A stretch of DNA of 64,000 bases from Acidobacteriota bacterium (GTDB lineage Bacteria > Acidobacteriota > Vicinamibacteria > Fen-336). Location: assembly GCA_022340545.1 (NCBI GenBank), contig JAJDNV010000090.1, positions 801-64,800 of the forward strand, read 5' to 3'. The position numbers were made by a program, and so were the translations under genes. This document shows positions 9,122-18,205 of the stretch, piece by piece (within the stretch, counting starts at the first letter, position 1; every line of letters begins with the position of its first letter). The notes under the pieces are model-generated. The model did no database searches. It saw nothing but the letters and a program-made list of their open reading frames with translations, and was not told the DNA's origin.

Positions 9122-9254
9122 CCAGCCGGGAAAAGTCTACACCCTTAAAGGCTCACCGTGTGGCGGCAGGGCCGCCCCGGGTCCCTCGCAGGCACGGCCC
9201 AAGCCGCCTCGAGTGTCGGAGAGCCCGAGCCCGCCGCGAGGACGCCCCCGGGGG

Positions 9255-10682
9255 CTATTGACCCAGCGGCGGAAAGCCGGCCTTCTGGGCCAACTTGTCC
9301 ACCAACGGCACCAGGTCGTTGATGCGGGGGAGCTTCTTTCCGTTGACGTAGACGGTCGGCGTCGCGTTGACTCCCAGACGCCGGGCCTCGGCGATCTGCG
9401 CCGCGAGCGCCGCCTTCGCCTGCGGATCCTCCAGGCAGCCCCGCATCGCCGCGGGGTTGAGGCCGGCCTCGCCGGCGAGGCGGATGACGTCGGCGGCTCC
9501 GGGATTGCGGAGCCCCTCGGCTGAGAACACGCGGTCGTGGTAGGCGTCGAACTTGCCCTGGTACTCGGCACAGATCGCCCCGAGGGCCAGCTGGCAGGAG
9601 CCGGGGTGGGTCGAGCGCGGCAGGCTCTCGTTGCACTCCTTGTCGAGCGGGTAGTTCTTGAAGCGAACGGCCACCCGCCCGCCGGCCTGGGGCAGGAACT
9701 GCGAGAGCCCCAGCCCCAGATTGCGGCAGAACGGACAGAGGAAATCGGAGTACTCGACCACCGTCACCGGCGCGTCGGCGGGGCCCCTCAAGGGGACGTT
9801 CTCCAGGTCGATCGTCTCCACTGGCGCGCTCTCGAACTGGGCCTGGGCCTTCCTCGCGAAGTACTGCTCGAGCTTCCGGGGATCATCGAGCGTCTCCTGA
9901 AGCTCCTGGGCTCGCTCCTTCCAGTACGCCGCCTCCTTGGAACTCTGGGAGACCTCCTCCGCCGGCGGGGCCTCCGGGGTCGGATTCGTCCCGTCCGGGG
10001 TGGTGTCGGGCGATGCGTCGTGCGGCGCGTCGGCGGGCGGCGGGGGAATGGGGGCCGGTGCGCCGAGAAGCGCGACCTGTCGCCGCTGCTCACGATAGTC
10101 GAGCGTGGACTCCGCCCCCAACACGGCCGCGGCGAGCGCGAGAGAGCCGAGCGCCCAGCCCGCGACCGCCAGCCGGCCCTCGACCCGCCGGAGGGCCCCG
10201 CCCGGATCCAGGGCCCCGCGCCACGCCGGCAGGAGAGCGACCAGGGCCAGCGCGCCCAGGACATAGGTCAGGATGCACACCGAGCAGAAGGCCTGGACCG
10301 CAAGCGTCTGGACACCGAGGAGGAACATGTCGAACAGAAGACCCAGGGCAAGGCCCACGACGACCCATCCGGTCAGCGCCGGCCGCAGCTCGTCGGGAAC
10401 GAGGAGCGTGAGCAGCAAGAGAAGGCCCAGCGACGCGTAGAAGACGATCCCCAGGGCCGCCAGGGGAACTCCCCGGATCGACGACCAGGAGCTCCGGGCC
10501 ACTATCTCGCAATCGCTGCCCGTGCCGGCGTCGCCCTCGCTGCAGACCCGGTTGACGGCGGACACCGCGCGGCCCTCTCCGTGGTGTTGGAGGAGCAGCA
10601 GGCCGGAGACCATCGTCCCGGCCAGGCAGAGAACGAGCGCGATCACGAGTCGCTTCACACTAGTTGTTCCCAATGGAGCCAA
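9255..10682 (-). CDS. Vitamin K epoxide reductase (VKOR) domain fused to a DsbA-like thioredoxin domain
   Basis: The N-terminal polytopic domain has loop cysteines (CSEGDAGTGSDC) and the CSVC redox motif typical of bacterial VKOR. The C-terminal domain has a CPFC thioredoxin-fold active site and a DsbA-like sequence. Confidence 0.8.
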   Translation of the reverse strand: MAPLGTTSVKRLVIALVLCLAGTMVSGLLLLQHHGEGRAVSAVNRVCSEGDAGTGSDCEIVARSSWSSIRGVPLAALGIVFYASLGLLLLLTLLVPDELRPALTGWVVVGLALGLLFDMFLLGVQTLAVQAFCSVCILTYVLGALALVALLPAWRGALDPGGALRRVEGRLAVAGWALGSLALAAAVLGAESTLDYREQRRQVALLGAPAPIPPPPADAPHDASPDTTPDGTNPTPEAPPAEEVSQSSKEAAYWKERAQELQETLDDPRKLEQYFARKAQAQFESAPVETIDLENVPLRGPADAPVTVVEYSDFLCPFCRNLGLGLSQFLPQAGGRVAVRFKNYPLDKECNESLPRSTHPGSCQLALGAICAEYQGKFDAYHDRVFSAEGLRNPGAADVIRLAGEAGLNPAAMRGCLEDPQAKAALAAQIAEARRLGVNATPTVYVNGKKLPRINDLVPLVDKLAQKAGFPPLGQ

Positions 10683-10913
10683 AACCTCCCTCCGCGAATG
10701 TAGCCGAGGGCCCGAGCGCGGGCAACTCGCCGCCGAATCCCCATCTCCCTCCCGGAACCGTCATCGATTTGTCCTGCCATGCCGCTCCGGCGGTGATAGG
10801 CTTCCGCGACCCAGCTCGGGTTCTCGGCGGCACGAGCCCGAGCGGGCATGGCCTGCGAGGGCGCCGCGGGGCCGAAGGGCCGTGCGGCGGCTCGCGTGGA
10901 GTGAGCGGACGTC

Positions 10914-13157
10914 GTGATCCTGCGCCTCGGCTCCGGTGATGCAGCCCAGAAGGGCTGCGGTTCGAAAGCGGCCCTGCTGGACCGCGCCGCGCGCGCCGGG
11001 CTCCCCGTGCCTCCGGGCGTCATCGTCCTCGACGAGGCGTGGCGCTCCGCGGTCGAGAGAGGTCTCGTCCGGGTGGAGCGGCTCACCGACCGCCGGCCCG
11101 TCTCCGTGCCGGACCCGTCGCTGTTGGTGCACCTCATCGGGCTGCCGCCCTTCAAGGGTCCCCTCGCCGTCCGCTCGGCCTTCTCGGCGGAAGACGGTGC
11201 GATCGACAGCCTGGCGGGAGTCTTCGTCTCGGGGTTGTTCGTCGACGGTCGGCGCCCGGCCGCCCTCGCCGCGGGGCTGGCCGGTGTCTGGGCCTCCGCT
11301 TTCCGGCGCCCCCGCGGCTTCCGTCGGGACCTGATTCTCCAGGAGATGGTTCACGCCCGCCGGGCTGGCGTCGCCTTCACCGAGCGGGAGTACGAGGACG
11401 ACCTCGTCAACATGGCCGACGGCACCGCCGAAGGCCTCGTCGGCGGCGAGCTTGCGGGCGAGCAGCTGCTCCTGCCCAAGCGTCGGGGGGCGGAGGGCCC
11501 CACCGTCGCCGACCCGATCGGGGCCCGGCTCCAGATCCTGCTACGCGACGTGCGGCGGGTATTCGACGAGGCCGACTGGGACGTGGAGTGGGCGGACGAT
11601 GGCGAGCGTGTCTGGCTCGTCCAGGTGCGGCCGGTGACCCGCCCCACCCTTCGCAACGAGCAGTTCACCTCCGCCGGGCACCGGGAGATGCTGCCCGATC
11701 CCCCCTCGCGCCTGATGACGAGCCTCATCGCCTCCTGTGCCCCCCGGTTGTTCGACGCCCTCCGCCGCTTCGACCGCGGGCTGCCCGCCGGCCGCCCCCT
11801 CGTCGAGGTCTTCCGTGGTCGGCCGTTTCTCAACCTGTCGCTCCTCACCGAGACGATGCGCCGGTGGGGCCTGCCTTCGAAGCTCGTGACCGACTCGATC
11901 GGCGGTGCCGCCGATCGAGATTTCGGTGCTCAGCCGTTGCGTTTGCTTCGCCAGGCACCTTTGTTGGCCCGCCTCGCCGCCGCCCAGCTGAGATCGGTGT
12001 CGTCGGCCGCCGCCGCCGAACGCCGGATCGAGGAGCACACCGCCTCGCCCCCGGCCGGCCTCGCGGACACGATCGAGGATCTGCGTTGGCTCTACTCCAC
12101 GCTCGTCGCCGAGATGCTCTCGTTGGCCGCGGCCATGAGCGGACCGCTCGCCCTCCTGCGCCGGGCGGGCGTTCTCGCGGGGCTGGCGTCGCGCTGGCGT
12201 TCCGCGGGAACGGAGTTTCGGGAGGACCTCGCCGCCCTGCGGGCCCTGGCGGCCGGCCAGCCGGCACTGCTCGAGTCGCTCCAGCGGGGAACCCTGCCCG
12301 ACGACGGGGTCTTCCGTGTCGAGTTCGAGGGATGGCTCGAACGCCACGGCCATCGCGGGCTGTACGAAGGCGACATCGCGTGCCCGCGGTACCGCGAGGA
12401 GCCGGAGTCGCTCCTGCGGGGCCTGGCCGCGCCGGCGGAGGAACCCCCGGCCCCGCCGCTCACGTCGCGCCGGGCGGGCCTCCTTCGACCCGTGGCCTGG
12501 CAGGCCGAGAGGACGCTTCTCGCCCGCGAGCGACTGCGCTCCGCCGCCCTGCGCGGCTTCGAGCGGCTCCGTGGGGCGCTCCTCGCCCGGGCGCGGACGC
12601 TCGCGGCCCGAGGCGTCCTGCCGTCGGTGGAAGCGTTGTTCCACCTCGACCTCGACGAGCTTCGCCGCCTGGACGAGGGGTTCCGCCCGGATGCGGCGTT
12701 TTGGAGAGCGCGAGCGGCAGAGAATGACTCCGCGCGGGCCTACGAGTTCCCGGACGTCTTCCACCGGCTGGACGACATCGAATCCTTCCGAGCCGGACCG
12801 CCCGGCGAGGCGGCCCCAGCCCGGCTGCGCGGCATCGGTCTCACGACGGGACAGGTGCGGGGCCGCGCCTGGGTGCTGACGGACCCGTCGGTCGAGCTGC
12901 CCCCGGGCCAGGTCGCCTCCGAGACCATCCTGGTCGCGCGCGCGGTGGACGCGGCCTGGGTGCCCACCTTCTCCCGGGTGGCCGGGGTAGCGGTCGAGGT
13001 CGGGGGCGACCTCTCGCACGGCTCGATCACCCTTCGAGAGATGGGCCTTCCCGCGGTCACGAACGTTCGTGGAGCGACGCGCGCCCTCCGCACCGGGGAT
13101 TCTCTGATCCTCCGCGCCGACGAGGGCACGGTCGAGCGGGTCGAGCCGGACTCCTGA
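10914..13157 (+). CDS. PEP-utilising enzyme family protein: PPDK_N ATP-grasp N-domain plus C-terminal mobile His domain (PEP synthase / rifampin-phosphotransferase-like architecture)
   Basis: N-terminus GSKAALLDRAARAGLPVPPGVIV resembles the PPDK/PEPS nucleotide-binding domain. C-terminus GIGLTTGQVRGRAWVL...VEVGGDLSHGSITLREMGLPAVTNV is the PEP-utilisers mobile domain with the catalytic His. The middle ~350 aa are of unknown function. Confidence 0.75.
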   Translation: MILRLGSGDAAQKGCGSKAALLDRAARAGLPVPPGVIVLDEAWRSAVERGLVRVERLTDRRPVSVPDPSLLVHLIGLPPFKGPLAVRSAFSAEDGAIDSLAGVFVSGLFVDGRRPAALAAGLAGVWASAFRRPRGFRRDLILQEMVHARRAGVAFTEREYEDDLVNMADGTAEGLVGGELAGEQLLLPKRRGAEGPTVADPIGARLQILLRDVRRVFDEADWDVEWADDGERVWLVQVRPVTRPTLRNEQFTSAGHREMLPDPPSRLMTSLIASCAPRLFDALRRFDRGLPAGRPLVEVFRGRPFLNLSLLTETMRRWGLPSKLVTDSIGGAADRDFGAQPLRLLRQAPLLARLAAAQLRSVSSAAAAERRIEEHTASPPAGLADTIEDLRWLYSTLVAEMLSLAAAMSGPLALLRRAGVLAGLASRWRSAGTEFREDLAALRALAAGQPALLESLQRGTLPDDGVFRVEFEGWLERHGHRGLYEGDIACPRYREEPESLLRGLAAPAEEPPAPPLTSRRAGLLRPVAWQAERTLLARERLRSAALRGFERLRGALLARARTLAARGVLPSVEALFHLDLDELRRLDEGFRPDAAFWRARAAENDSARAYEFPDVFHRLDDIESFRAGPPGEAAPARLRGIGLTTGQVRGRAWVLTDPSVELPPGQVASETILVARAVDAAWVPTFSRVAGVAVEVGGDLSHGSITLREMGLPAVTNVRGATRALRTGDSLILRADEGTVERVEPDS

Positions 13158-13172
13158 GGGAGGCCGGGTCGC

Positions 13173-13919
13173 TCAGAAGCCGACCAGCAGCCCCGCCGTC
13201 ACGTGGATGTCGTGCTCGGATCTTCCGGACACGAAGTGGTCGAGCACGAGGTGGTCGATCACATCGATGCGCGCCCCGACCCTGCCGAAGAGGATCTTGA
13301 GCCCGGCGCCGAACCGGAGCTCGAAGTCCGTCTCCGTGCCGCCCGAGCCGCTCCAGGACACTCCCCCCGCGCCGAACACGAGCACCGGCCGGACATCGCC
13401 GCCCGTCATGTCGTAGGCCAGCCCCCCGCCGTAGTGCCAGGCCGTGACTCGGCGGCCCGCCTGGCGCCGGAAGTCGCGCTCAGGCTGGCCCAGCCCCGGG
13501 ATCTCGGGCCAGCTGTCCCCGCCGAAGCAGCGGTCGGAGACGCAGAGATCGCCGCCCGCGTCGAGGTCGTGGGTCGGCGCGACCTCGAAGTCCGCCTCCA
13601 CCGCCAGGCGGCCCTTGATGAAGCGGGAGTAGCGGAACCCCAAGAGCGCGCTCTGACCCAGGGAGGTACGCGTTTGCAGGTCCACTCGGGGGTCGTCCTC
13701 GAGGCCCGGCCAGCCCGGCCCGCGGGGGAATCCCCGGGCGGCGGGCAGGGGAAGGACCCAGCTGCGGGTCTCGTCCCGCGAGGCGTCGAGGATCGAGATC
13801 CCGCCGAAGACGACGATCTGGTTCCCGGGGTCACGATCATCCTCGGCAGCCAGGGGCGTCGCTGCCAGCAGAAGCAGAGGGATGAACAATTGCAGGGCAC
13901 GAGGTGAGGTCATGAGCAT
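13173..13919 (-). CDS. Outer-membrane beta-barrel protein (OmpW/OmpA-like porin family)
   Basis: Signal peptide MTSPRALQLFIPLLLLAATPLAAE, alternating beta-strand pattern and C-terminal ...HVTAGLLVGF ending in Phe. Start chosen at ATG 13919 after GAGGAGAAG; GTG at 13931 is also possible. Confidence 0.6.
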   Translation of the reverse strand: MLMTSPRALQLFIPLLLLAATPLAAEDDRDPGNQIVVFGGISILDASRDETRSWVLPLPAARGFPRGPGWPGLEDDPRVDLQTRTSLGQSALLGFRYSRFIKGRLAVEADFEVAPTHDLDAGGDLCVSDRCFGGDSWPEIPGLGQPERDFRRQAGRRVTAWHYGGGLAYDMTGGDVRPVLVFGAGGVSWSGSGGTETDFELRFGAGLKILFGRVGARIDVIDHLVLDHFVSGRSEHDIHVTAGLLVGF

Positions 13920-14019
13920 TCTTCTCCTCACCCGATCATGCCACGCGGTCGGCGGGACTGATGTGAGGGCAACGTAAGACAGCTGAAAGAAGGGGATGCA
14001 GCGAGTGCGGCCGTGTGCG

Positions 14020-15903
14020 TCAGCGGCCGACGTGGGCCGCCTCGGAATCCCCCATCTCCACGCCCCCGTCCGGGAAGTACTCCCGCCAACGGCGGGTGAC
14101 GAGGGCGGCAGTCTCCGGGTCGCAGGACACCTCTTTCGGGAAGGAGGGCCGGCGGCGGGCGTCGATCAGCACCGGTGGCTCGTGGACTATGTGGTGCCGC
14201 ACGACCCGGGTGGCCGCGGCGTGGAGATCGGCCGCCGGCTCGAAGCGCGTGAAGGTGGTCCAGAGGAAGCTCGTGGGGGTCGCCGCCGCACGCCTCGGCT
14301 CGTCGGTCAGCACCAGGAGCGGCCATCCCTGGAAGGCGGGGTGGCGGGCGACCCGGGCGGCGTCTCCCGGATCCTCGCCTGCCGGCGGCCCTCCCACCAC
14401 GAGGCAGCCGCCGCAGAACACCTGCACGTCGGTCACCCCCGGCGGTGTGGGCACGGGAGGCCGGAACTCGCGGGGCAGCTCGCGCACCGGGTCGCCGAGG
14501 CCCAGCCACACACCCTTCGACCCTTCGTTCACCGCTGGTCCCGTGTAGTCGAGGGTGTCCATCGAGAGGTTGGACAGGACATACAGATCGGTCTGCGGGT
14601 CCGTGCGGGCCAGCACGTGCTCCAGCGTCGCCCGGAAGTCGCGGAGGTCCACCGCTCGATCGGTGACGAGCAGGAACTTGGTGAGTGACAGCTGGCCCTC
14701 GCCGAGGATGCGAAAGGCCGACACCATCGCCTCGCGCTTGTACCGCTCCTTGACCACCGCCGCCGCCAGCGAGTGGTAGCCCGTCTCCCCGTAGGACCAG
14801 AGATCAACCACCGACGGCATCACCAGGGGGAAGAGAGGTGCGAGCAGCTCCTGCAGGAGATCGCCGACGAAGAAATCCTCCTGCCGGGGCTTGCCGACGA
14901 CCGTGGCCGGGTAGATCGCGTCGCGGCGCCGGCAGAGGTGCTCGACCCGGAAGATCGGATAGTCGTGACGGAGCGAGTAGTAGCCGTAGTGATCACCGAA
15001 CGGGCCCTCGGCCTGCCTTGCCCTCGGCGGCACGTGGCCCACGAGAGCGATCTCCGCGCTCGCGACGAGGGGATGACGGCCGGGGCCGGGGCACCGCTCG
15101 AGACGGCGTCCGGCGATGAGGGAGGCGAGAAGCATCTCCGGCACGTTCTCGGGGAGCGGCGCGATCGCCGCGAGGACGAGCGCGGGTGGGCCGCCGAGGA
15201 AGACGGTCACGGGGAGGCTCTCGTCGCGGGCCTCGGCGACCGAGTAGTGGAAGCCGCCGCCCTTGCCGATCTGCCAGTGCATCCCGGTGGTGCGGGGATC
15301 GTGCACCTGGAGACGGTACATACCCAGATTGCTGCGGGACCGTGCGAGGCCGGCTCCCGCAGCATCATGGTGTCGGCGCCCCGGGTCGCGGCCGCGACGC
15401 GCCGGGCTCGTGGGGGGCTCTTCGGTGTAGACGAGCGGCAGGGTCAAGAACGGCCCCCCGTCGCCTGGCCAGCAGGTGAGAACGGGCAGGCGGTCCAGAC
15501 GCACGTCCGCGGTCACGATCTCGGTCACCGGACCGCTCGCGTGCCGCTTGTGGCCGATCCTCAACCCCTCGAGCGCGAGGTCCCGCGCTCTCCAGAGCTT
15601 GCCCGGAGTCGGCGGAAGCATGGTCTCCGCGACGTCGACGAGCCTCCGGATCAGACGACCCGGGCGAGTCCCGAAGGCTCGCTCCGCCCGCCGCGCCGTG
15701 CCGAAGAGATTGGTGACGAGGGGAACCTCCGCGCCCCGCACCCGGGGGAACAAGAGGGCCGGCCCGCCCGCCGCGATGACCCGGCGGTGGATCTCCGCGG
15801 TCTCGAGCCGCGCGTCGACCTCGGCCTCGACCACGGTGAGGTCGCCGTCGCGCCGCAGCTGTTCGAGGAAGGCGCGAAGGTCGGGAAACGTGGGCTCGTT
15901 CAA
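14020..15903 (-). CDS. UbiD family (prFMN-dependent) decarboxylase
   Basis: 627 aa with UbiD N-terminal motifs (LLFPRVRGAEVPLVTNLFGTARR) and the central GDGGPFLTLPLV...NLGMYRLQV region. It carries a ~25-30 aa low-complexity insertion (EEPPTSPARRGRDPGRRHHDAAGAGLARSRS) relative to E. coli UbiD as I recall it. Confidence 0.85.
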   Translation of the reverse strand: MNEPTFPDLRAFLEQLRRDGDLTVVEAEVDARLETAEIHRRVIAAGGPALLFPRVRGAEVPLVTNLFGTARRAERAFGTRPGRLIRRLVDVAETMLPPTPGKLWRARDLALEGLRIGHKRHASGPVTEIVTADVRLDRLPVLTCWPGDGGPFLTLPLVYTEEPPTSPARRGRDPGRRHHDAAGAGLARSRSNLGMYRLQVHDPRTTGMHWQIGKGGGFHYSVAEARDESLPVTVFLGGPPALVLAAIAPLPENVPEMLLASLIAGRRLERCPGPGRHPLVASAEIALVGHVPPRARQAEGPFGDHYGYYSLRHDYPIFRVEHLCRRRDAIYPATVVGKPRQEDFFVGDLLQELLAPLFPLVMPSVVDLWSYGETGYHSLAAAVVKERYKREAMVSAFRILGEGQLSLTKFLLVTDRAVDLRDFRATLEHVLARTDPQTDLYVLSNLSMDTLDYTGPAVNEGSKGVWLGLGDPVRELPREFRPPVPTPPGVTDVQVFCGGCLVVGGPPAGEDPGDAARVARHPAFQGWPLLVLTDEPRRAAATPTSFLWTTFTRFEPAADLHAAATRVVRHHIVHEPPVLIDARRRPSFPKEVSCDPETAALVTRRWREYFPDGGVEMGDSEAAHVGR

Positions 15904-15949
15904 GGCGGCGCTCCTCCCGTGCCCTGGTCAGCTCGCGGCCGAAAACCCG

Positions 15950-16522
15950 TCAGGCCGTGCGAGCGGCGTGGGCCCCGGCTCTCGGGTCGGGCCGCGGCGT
16001 CCCCGGTGACCCTCGCTCGACCTCCACCCGCCACGCCTTCAGTACCTCGACGACGTGGCCGGGGAAGGCCAGCGCGGTCGGCAGGTCGTCGGGGGCGAAC
16101 CAGCCGATCTCCGCGACCTCGTTCGGATCCAGGCGCTGCTCGGCGGCGTCCGTCGGCGTGGCGTGGAAGTAGACGTTGAGAGTCACCTTGTCGGCGTCGG
16201 GACCGCTCGGGGCGTAGGTGTCGATCCACATGCCCAGGATTCCGGTCGTGCGGACGGCGAGCCCGGTCTCCTCTTTCACCTCGCGCACCGCGGCGTCCGC
16301 CGGATGCTCGCGCGGCCCGCAGAATCCGCCCGGCACGTCCCAGCACCCGCGCCACGGATCGTGAGCACGCCGCACGAGGAGCAGCTTGCCGTCGCGAGCG
16401 ACGAGGGCACCGGCGCACGGCTTCGCGTCGAGCCAGTGGCTGGTGTCACACGCGGGACAGGTGACGGGCGGGGGGCCGGGCAATGGCGCGGAGCAGTGAG
16501 AGCAGTACCGGGGAATCGCCAT
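15950..16522 (-). CDS. NUDIX hydrolase with N-terminal zinc-ribbon
   Basis: From ATG 16522 (MAIPRYCSHCSAPL...CPACD). Nudix box GGFCGPREHPADAAVREVKEETG matches GX5EX7REUXEEXGU. The track's longer ORF has an unlikely Arg/Pro-rich N-terminus. Confidence 0.7.
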   Translation of the reverse strand: MAIPRYCSHCSAPLPGPPPVTCPACDTSHWLDAKPCAGALVARDGKLLLVRRAHDPWRGCWDVPGGFCGPREHPADAAVREVKEETGLAVRTTGILGMWIDTYAPSGPDADKVTLNVYFHATPTDAAEQRLDPNEVAEIGWFAPDDLPTALAFPGHVVEVLKAWRVEVERGSPGTPRPDPRAGAHAARTA

Positions 16523-16628
16523 GAGCCGTTCGCCGATCGGCACCCCAACTCTCTGCGCCGGAAGTCTCCGTGTCAAGCCGGGACGGCGAGGCCTTGATCG
16601 GTGTCCGTAAGCGGGGGAGACTCGGACC

Positions 16629-17015
16629 ATGTCCGAGTGGGCTCGCACGTTCCTCGTGGGTGCCGGCGGCTTCGTTGGTGCGTCGCTGAGGTATCACATG
16701 GGCGGGCTCGTGCACCGGTTCGTCTCGCCCCAGTTCCCCTGGGGGACCTTCCTGGTCAACGCCAGTGGCTGCTTCCTGATCGGGGTCCTGGCGATCCTCA
16801 CCGAGGGGCGCGGCCCCATCGGACCGACCGGCCGGCTGTTCCTGCTGGTGGGCGTCCTCGGTGGCTACACGACGTTCTCGACCTTTGGCTACGAGACGCT
16901 GACCCTGGCCCGCGAGGGCAGCTTTGTGCTCGCCGCAGCCAACGCGGTGGGGCAGATCCTTCTCGGCCTCGCCGCGGTCTGGGCCGGCATCGCCGTGGCA
17001 CGGGGGATCGGATGA
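16629..17015 (+). CDS. crcB: Fluoride ion channel CrcB/FluC
   Basis: 128 aa with GAGGFVGASLRY...PWGTFLVNASGCFLIG...GGYTTFSTF, the CrcB family signature. Confidence 0.85.
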   Translation: MSEWARTFLVGAGGFVGASLRYHMGGLVHRFVSPQFPWGTFLVNASGCFLIGVLAILTEGRGPIGPTGRLFLLVGVLGGYTTFSTFGYETLTLAREGSFVLAAANAVGQILLGLAAVWAGIAVARGIG

Positions 17016-17362
17016 GGATACCGCGCGAGGGACAGCTGCTGCGCATCTTCGTGGGTGAGTCCGACCGCTGGAAAGGACATCCGCTCTTCGAGGCCATCGT
17101 CCAGGAGGCCCGCCGCCAGGGCCTCGCCGGGGCAACGGTCTTCCGGGGGTTCGAGGGCTTCGGGGCGAACAGCCGGATCCACACGAGCCGCATCCTGCGT
17201 CTCAGCGAGGACCTTCCCATCCTGATCGAGATCGTCGACGCCGAGGAGAAGATCCAGTCCTTCCTCCCCGTTCTCGACGGCATGGTCCAGGAGGGGCTCG
17301 TCACGATCGAGAAGGCGACGGTCATCTTCTACCGCGCCAGTGAGCCCCCCGCCGAGACCTGA
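17012..17362 (+). CDS. DUF190 / nitrogen-regulatory P-II-like protein commonly linked to crcB
   Basis: From ATG 17012, which overlaps the crcB stop as ATGA. MRIPREGQLLRIFVGESDRWKGHPLFEAIVQEARRQGLAGATVFRGFEGFG... matches DUF190. Confidence 0.7.
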   Translation: MRIPREGQLLRIFVGESDRWKGHPLFEAIVQEARRQGLAGATVFRGFEGFGANSRIHTSRILRLSEDLPILIEIVDAEEKIQSFLPVLDGMVQEGLVTIEKATVIFYRASEPPAET

Positions 17363-17382
17363 TCGCCCCCCGGCGAGGCGAC

Positions 17383-18180
17383 ATGCCCGAGCTTCCCGAG
17401 GTCGAGACCGCGCGTCGGCGCGCCGAGCACCAACTCAAGGGGCGTCGGATCGTGAGCGTACGGGTCGCCCCCGACCCCCTCGTCTTCGAGGGGATCAGCC
17501 CGAGCCGCTTCGCCACCGCCCTCCGCGCCCGTCGAGTCGTGGCGGTGCGCCGCCGGGGCAAGCATCTCTGGATGGAGCTCGACCGGCGACCGTTTCCCAT
17601 GTTCCACTTCGGCATGAGCGGTGCCTTCGCGCTCTACCGTGACGGCGATCCACGACCGCGCTTCTGGAAGGTGGAGCTCGCGGCTGAAGGGGGCCGCCGT
17701 CTGACCTTCACCGACCCCCGGCGCCTGGGACGAGTCCGTTTGCGGCGGAACCCGGAGCACGAGGCCCCGCTCGCCAAGCTCGGCTTTGACGTGCTCGACG
17801 ATCTCCCTGACGCCCCGGCCCTTGCCGCGATCCTCAGCCGCCACGGTGCCCCGGTGAAGGCAGTGCTGCTCGATCAGTCGCTCTTCGCCGGAGTGGGCAA
17901 CTGGATCGCCGACGAGGTGTTGTACCAGGCCGGCCTCGACCCCCGCCGGCCGGCGTCGTCGCTCTCGCGGGAAGAGGTGGGCCAGCTCCGCCTGCGCCTC
18001 CGCGACGTCGTGCGCCGCGCGGTCGCGGTGAACGCGGACTCGGCGCGTTTCCCCCGCACCTGGCTCTTCCACCGCCGCTGGGGCCGAAAGGAAGGGGCCC
18101 ACACCGCCCGGGGCGAGCCCATCGTCCACCTCACCGTGGGGGGGCGGACGACCGCCTGGGTTCCCTCACGCCAGCGTTAG
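17383..18180 (+). CDS. mutM: Formamidopyrimidine-DNA glycosylase (Fpg/Nei family)
   Basis: Starts MPELPEVE (catalytic Pro2/Glu3), has a H2TH region and an Fpg-type C-terminal region; 265 aa. Confidence 0.85.
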   Translation: MPELPEVETARRRAEHQLKGRRIVSVRVAPDPLVFEGISPSRFATALRARRVVAVRRRGKHLWMELDRRPFPMFHFGMSGAFALYRDGDPRPRFWKVELAAEGGRRLTFTDPRRLGRVRLRRNPEHEAPLAKLGFDVLDDLPDAPALAAILSRHGAPVKAVLLDQSLFAGVGNWIADEVLYQAGLDPRRPASSLSREEVGQLRLRLRDVVRRAVAVNADSARFPRTWLFHRRWGRKEGAHTARGEPIVHLTVGGRTTAWVPSRQR

Positions 18181-18205
18181 GAGCGACAGGCCGACAGGCC
18201 CAGCT

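Noticed and set aside
16523-16628. Fluoride (crcB) riboswitch upstream of crcB.
   Set aside because: I looked for the conserved GGnGAUGnnnUnCC...AAnCGCC...CUGAUGAnnCCUnC arrangement and the pseudoknot on both strands. I found only weak, non-collinear resemblances (GCCGAUCGGCACC), so no riboswitch is called.
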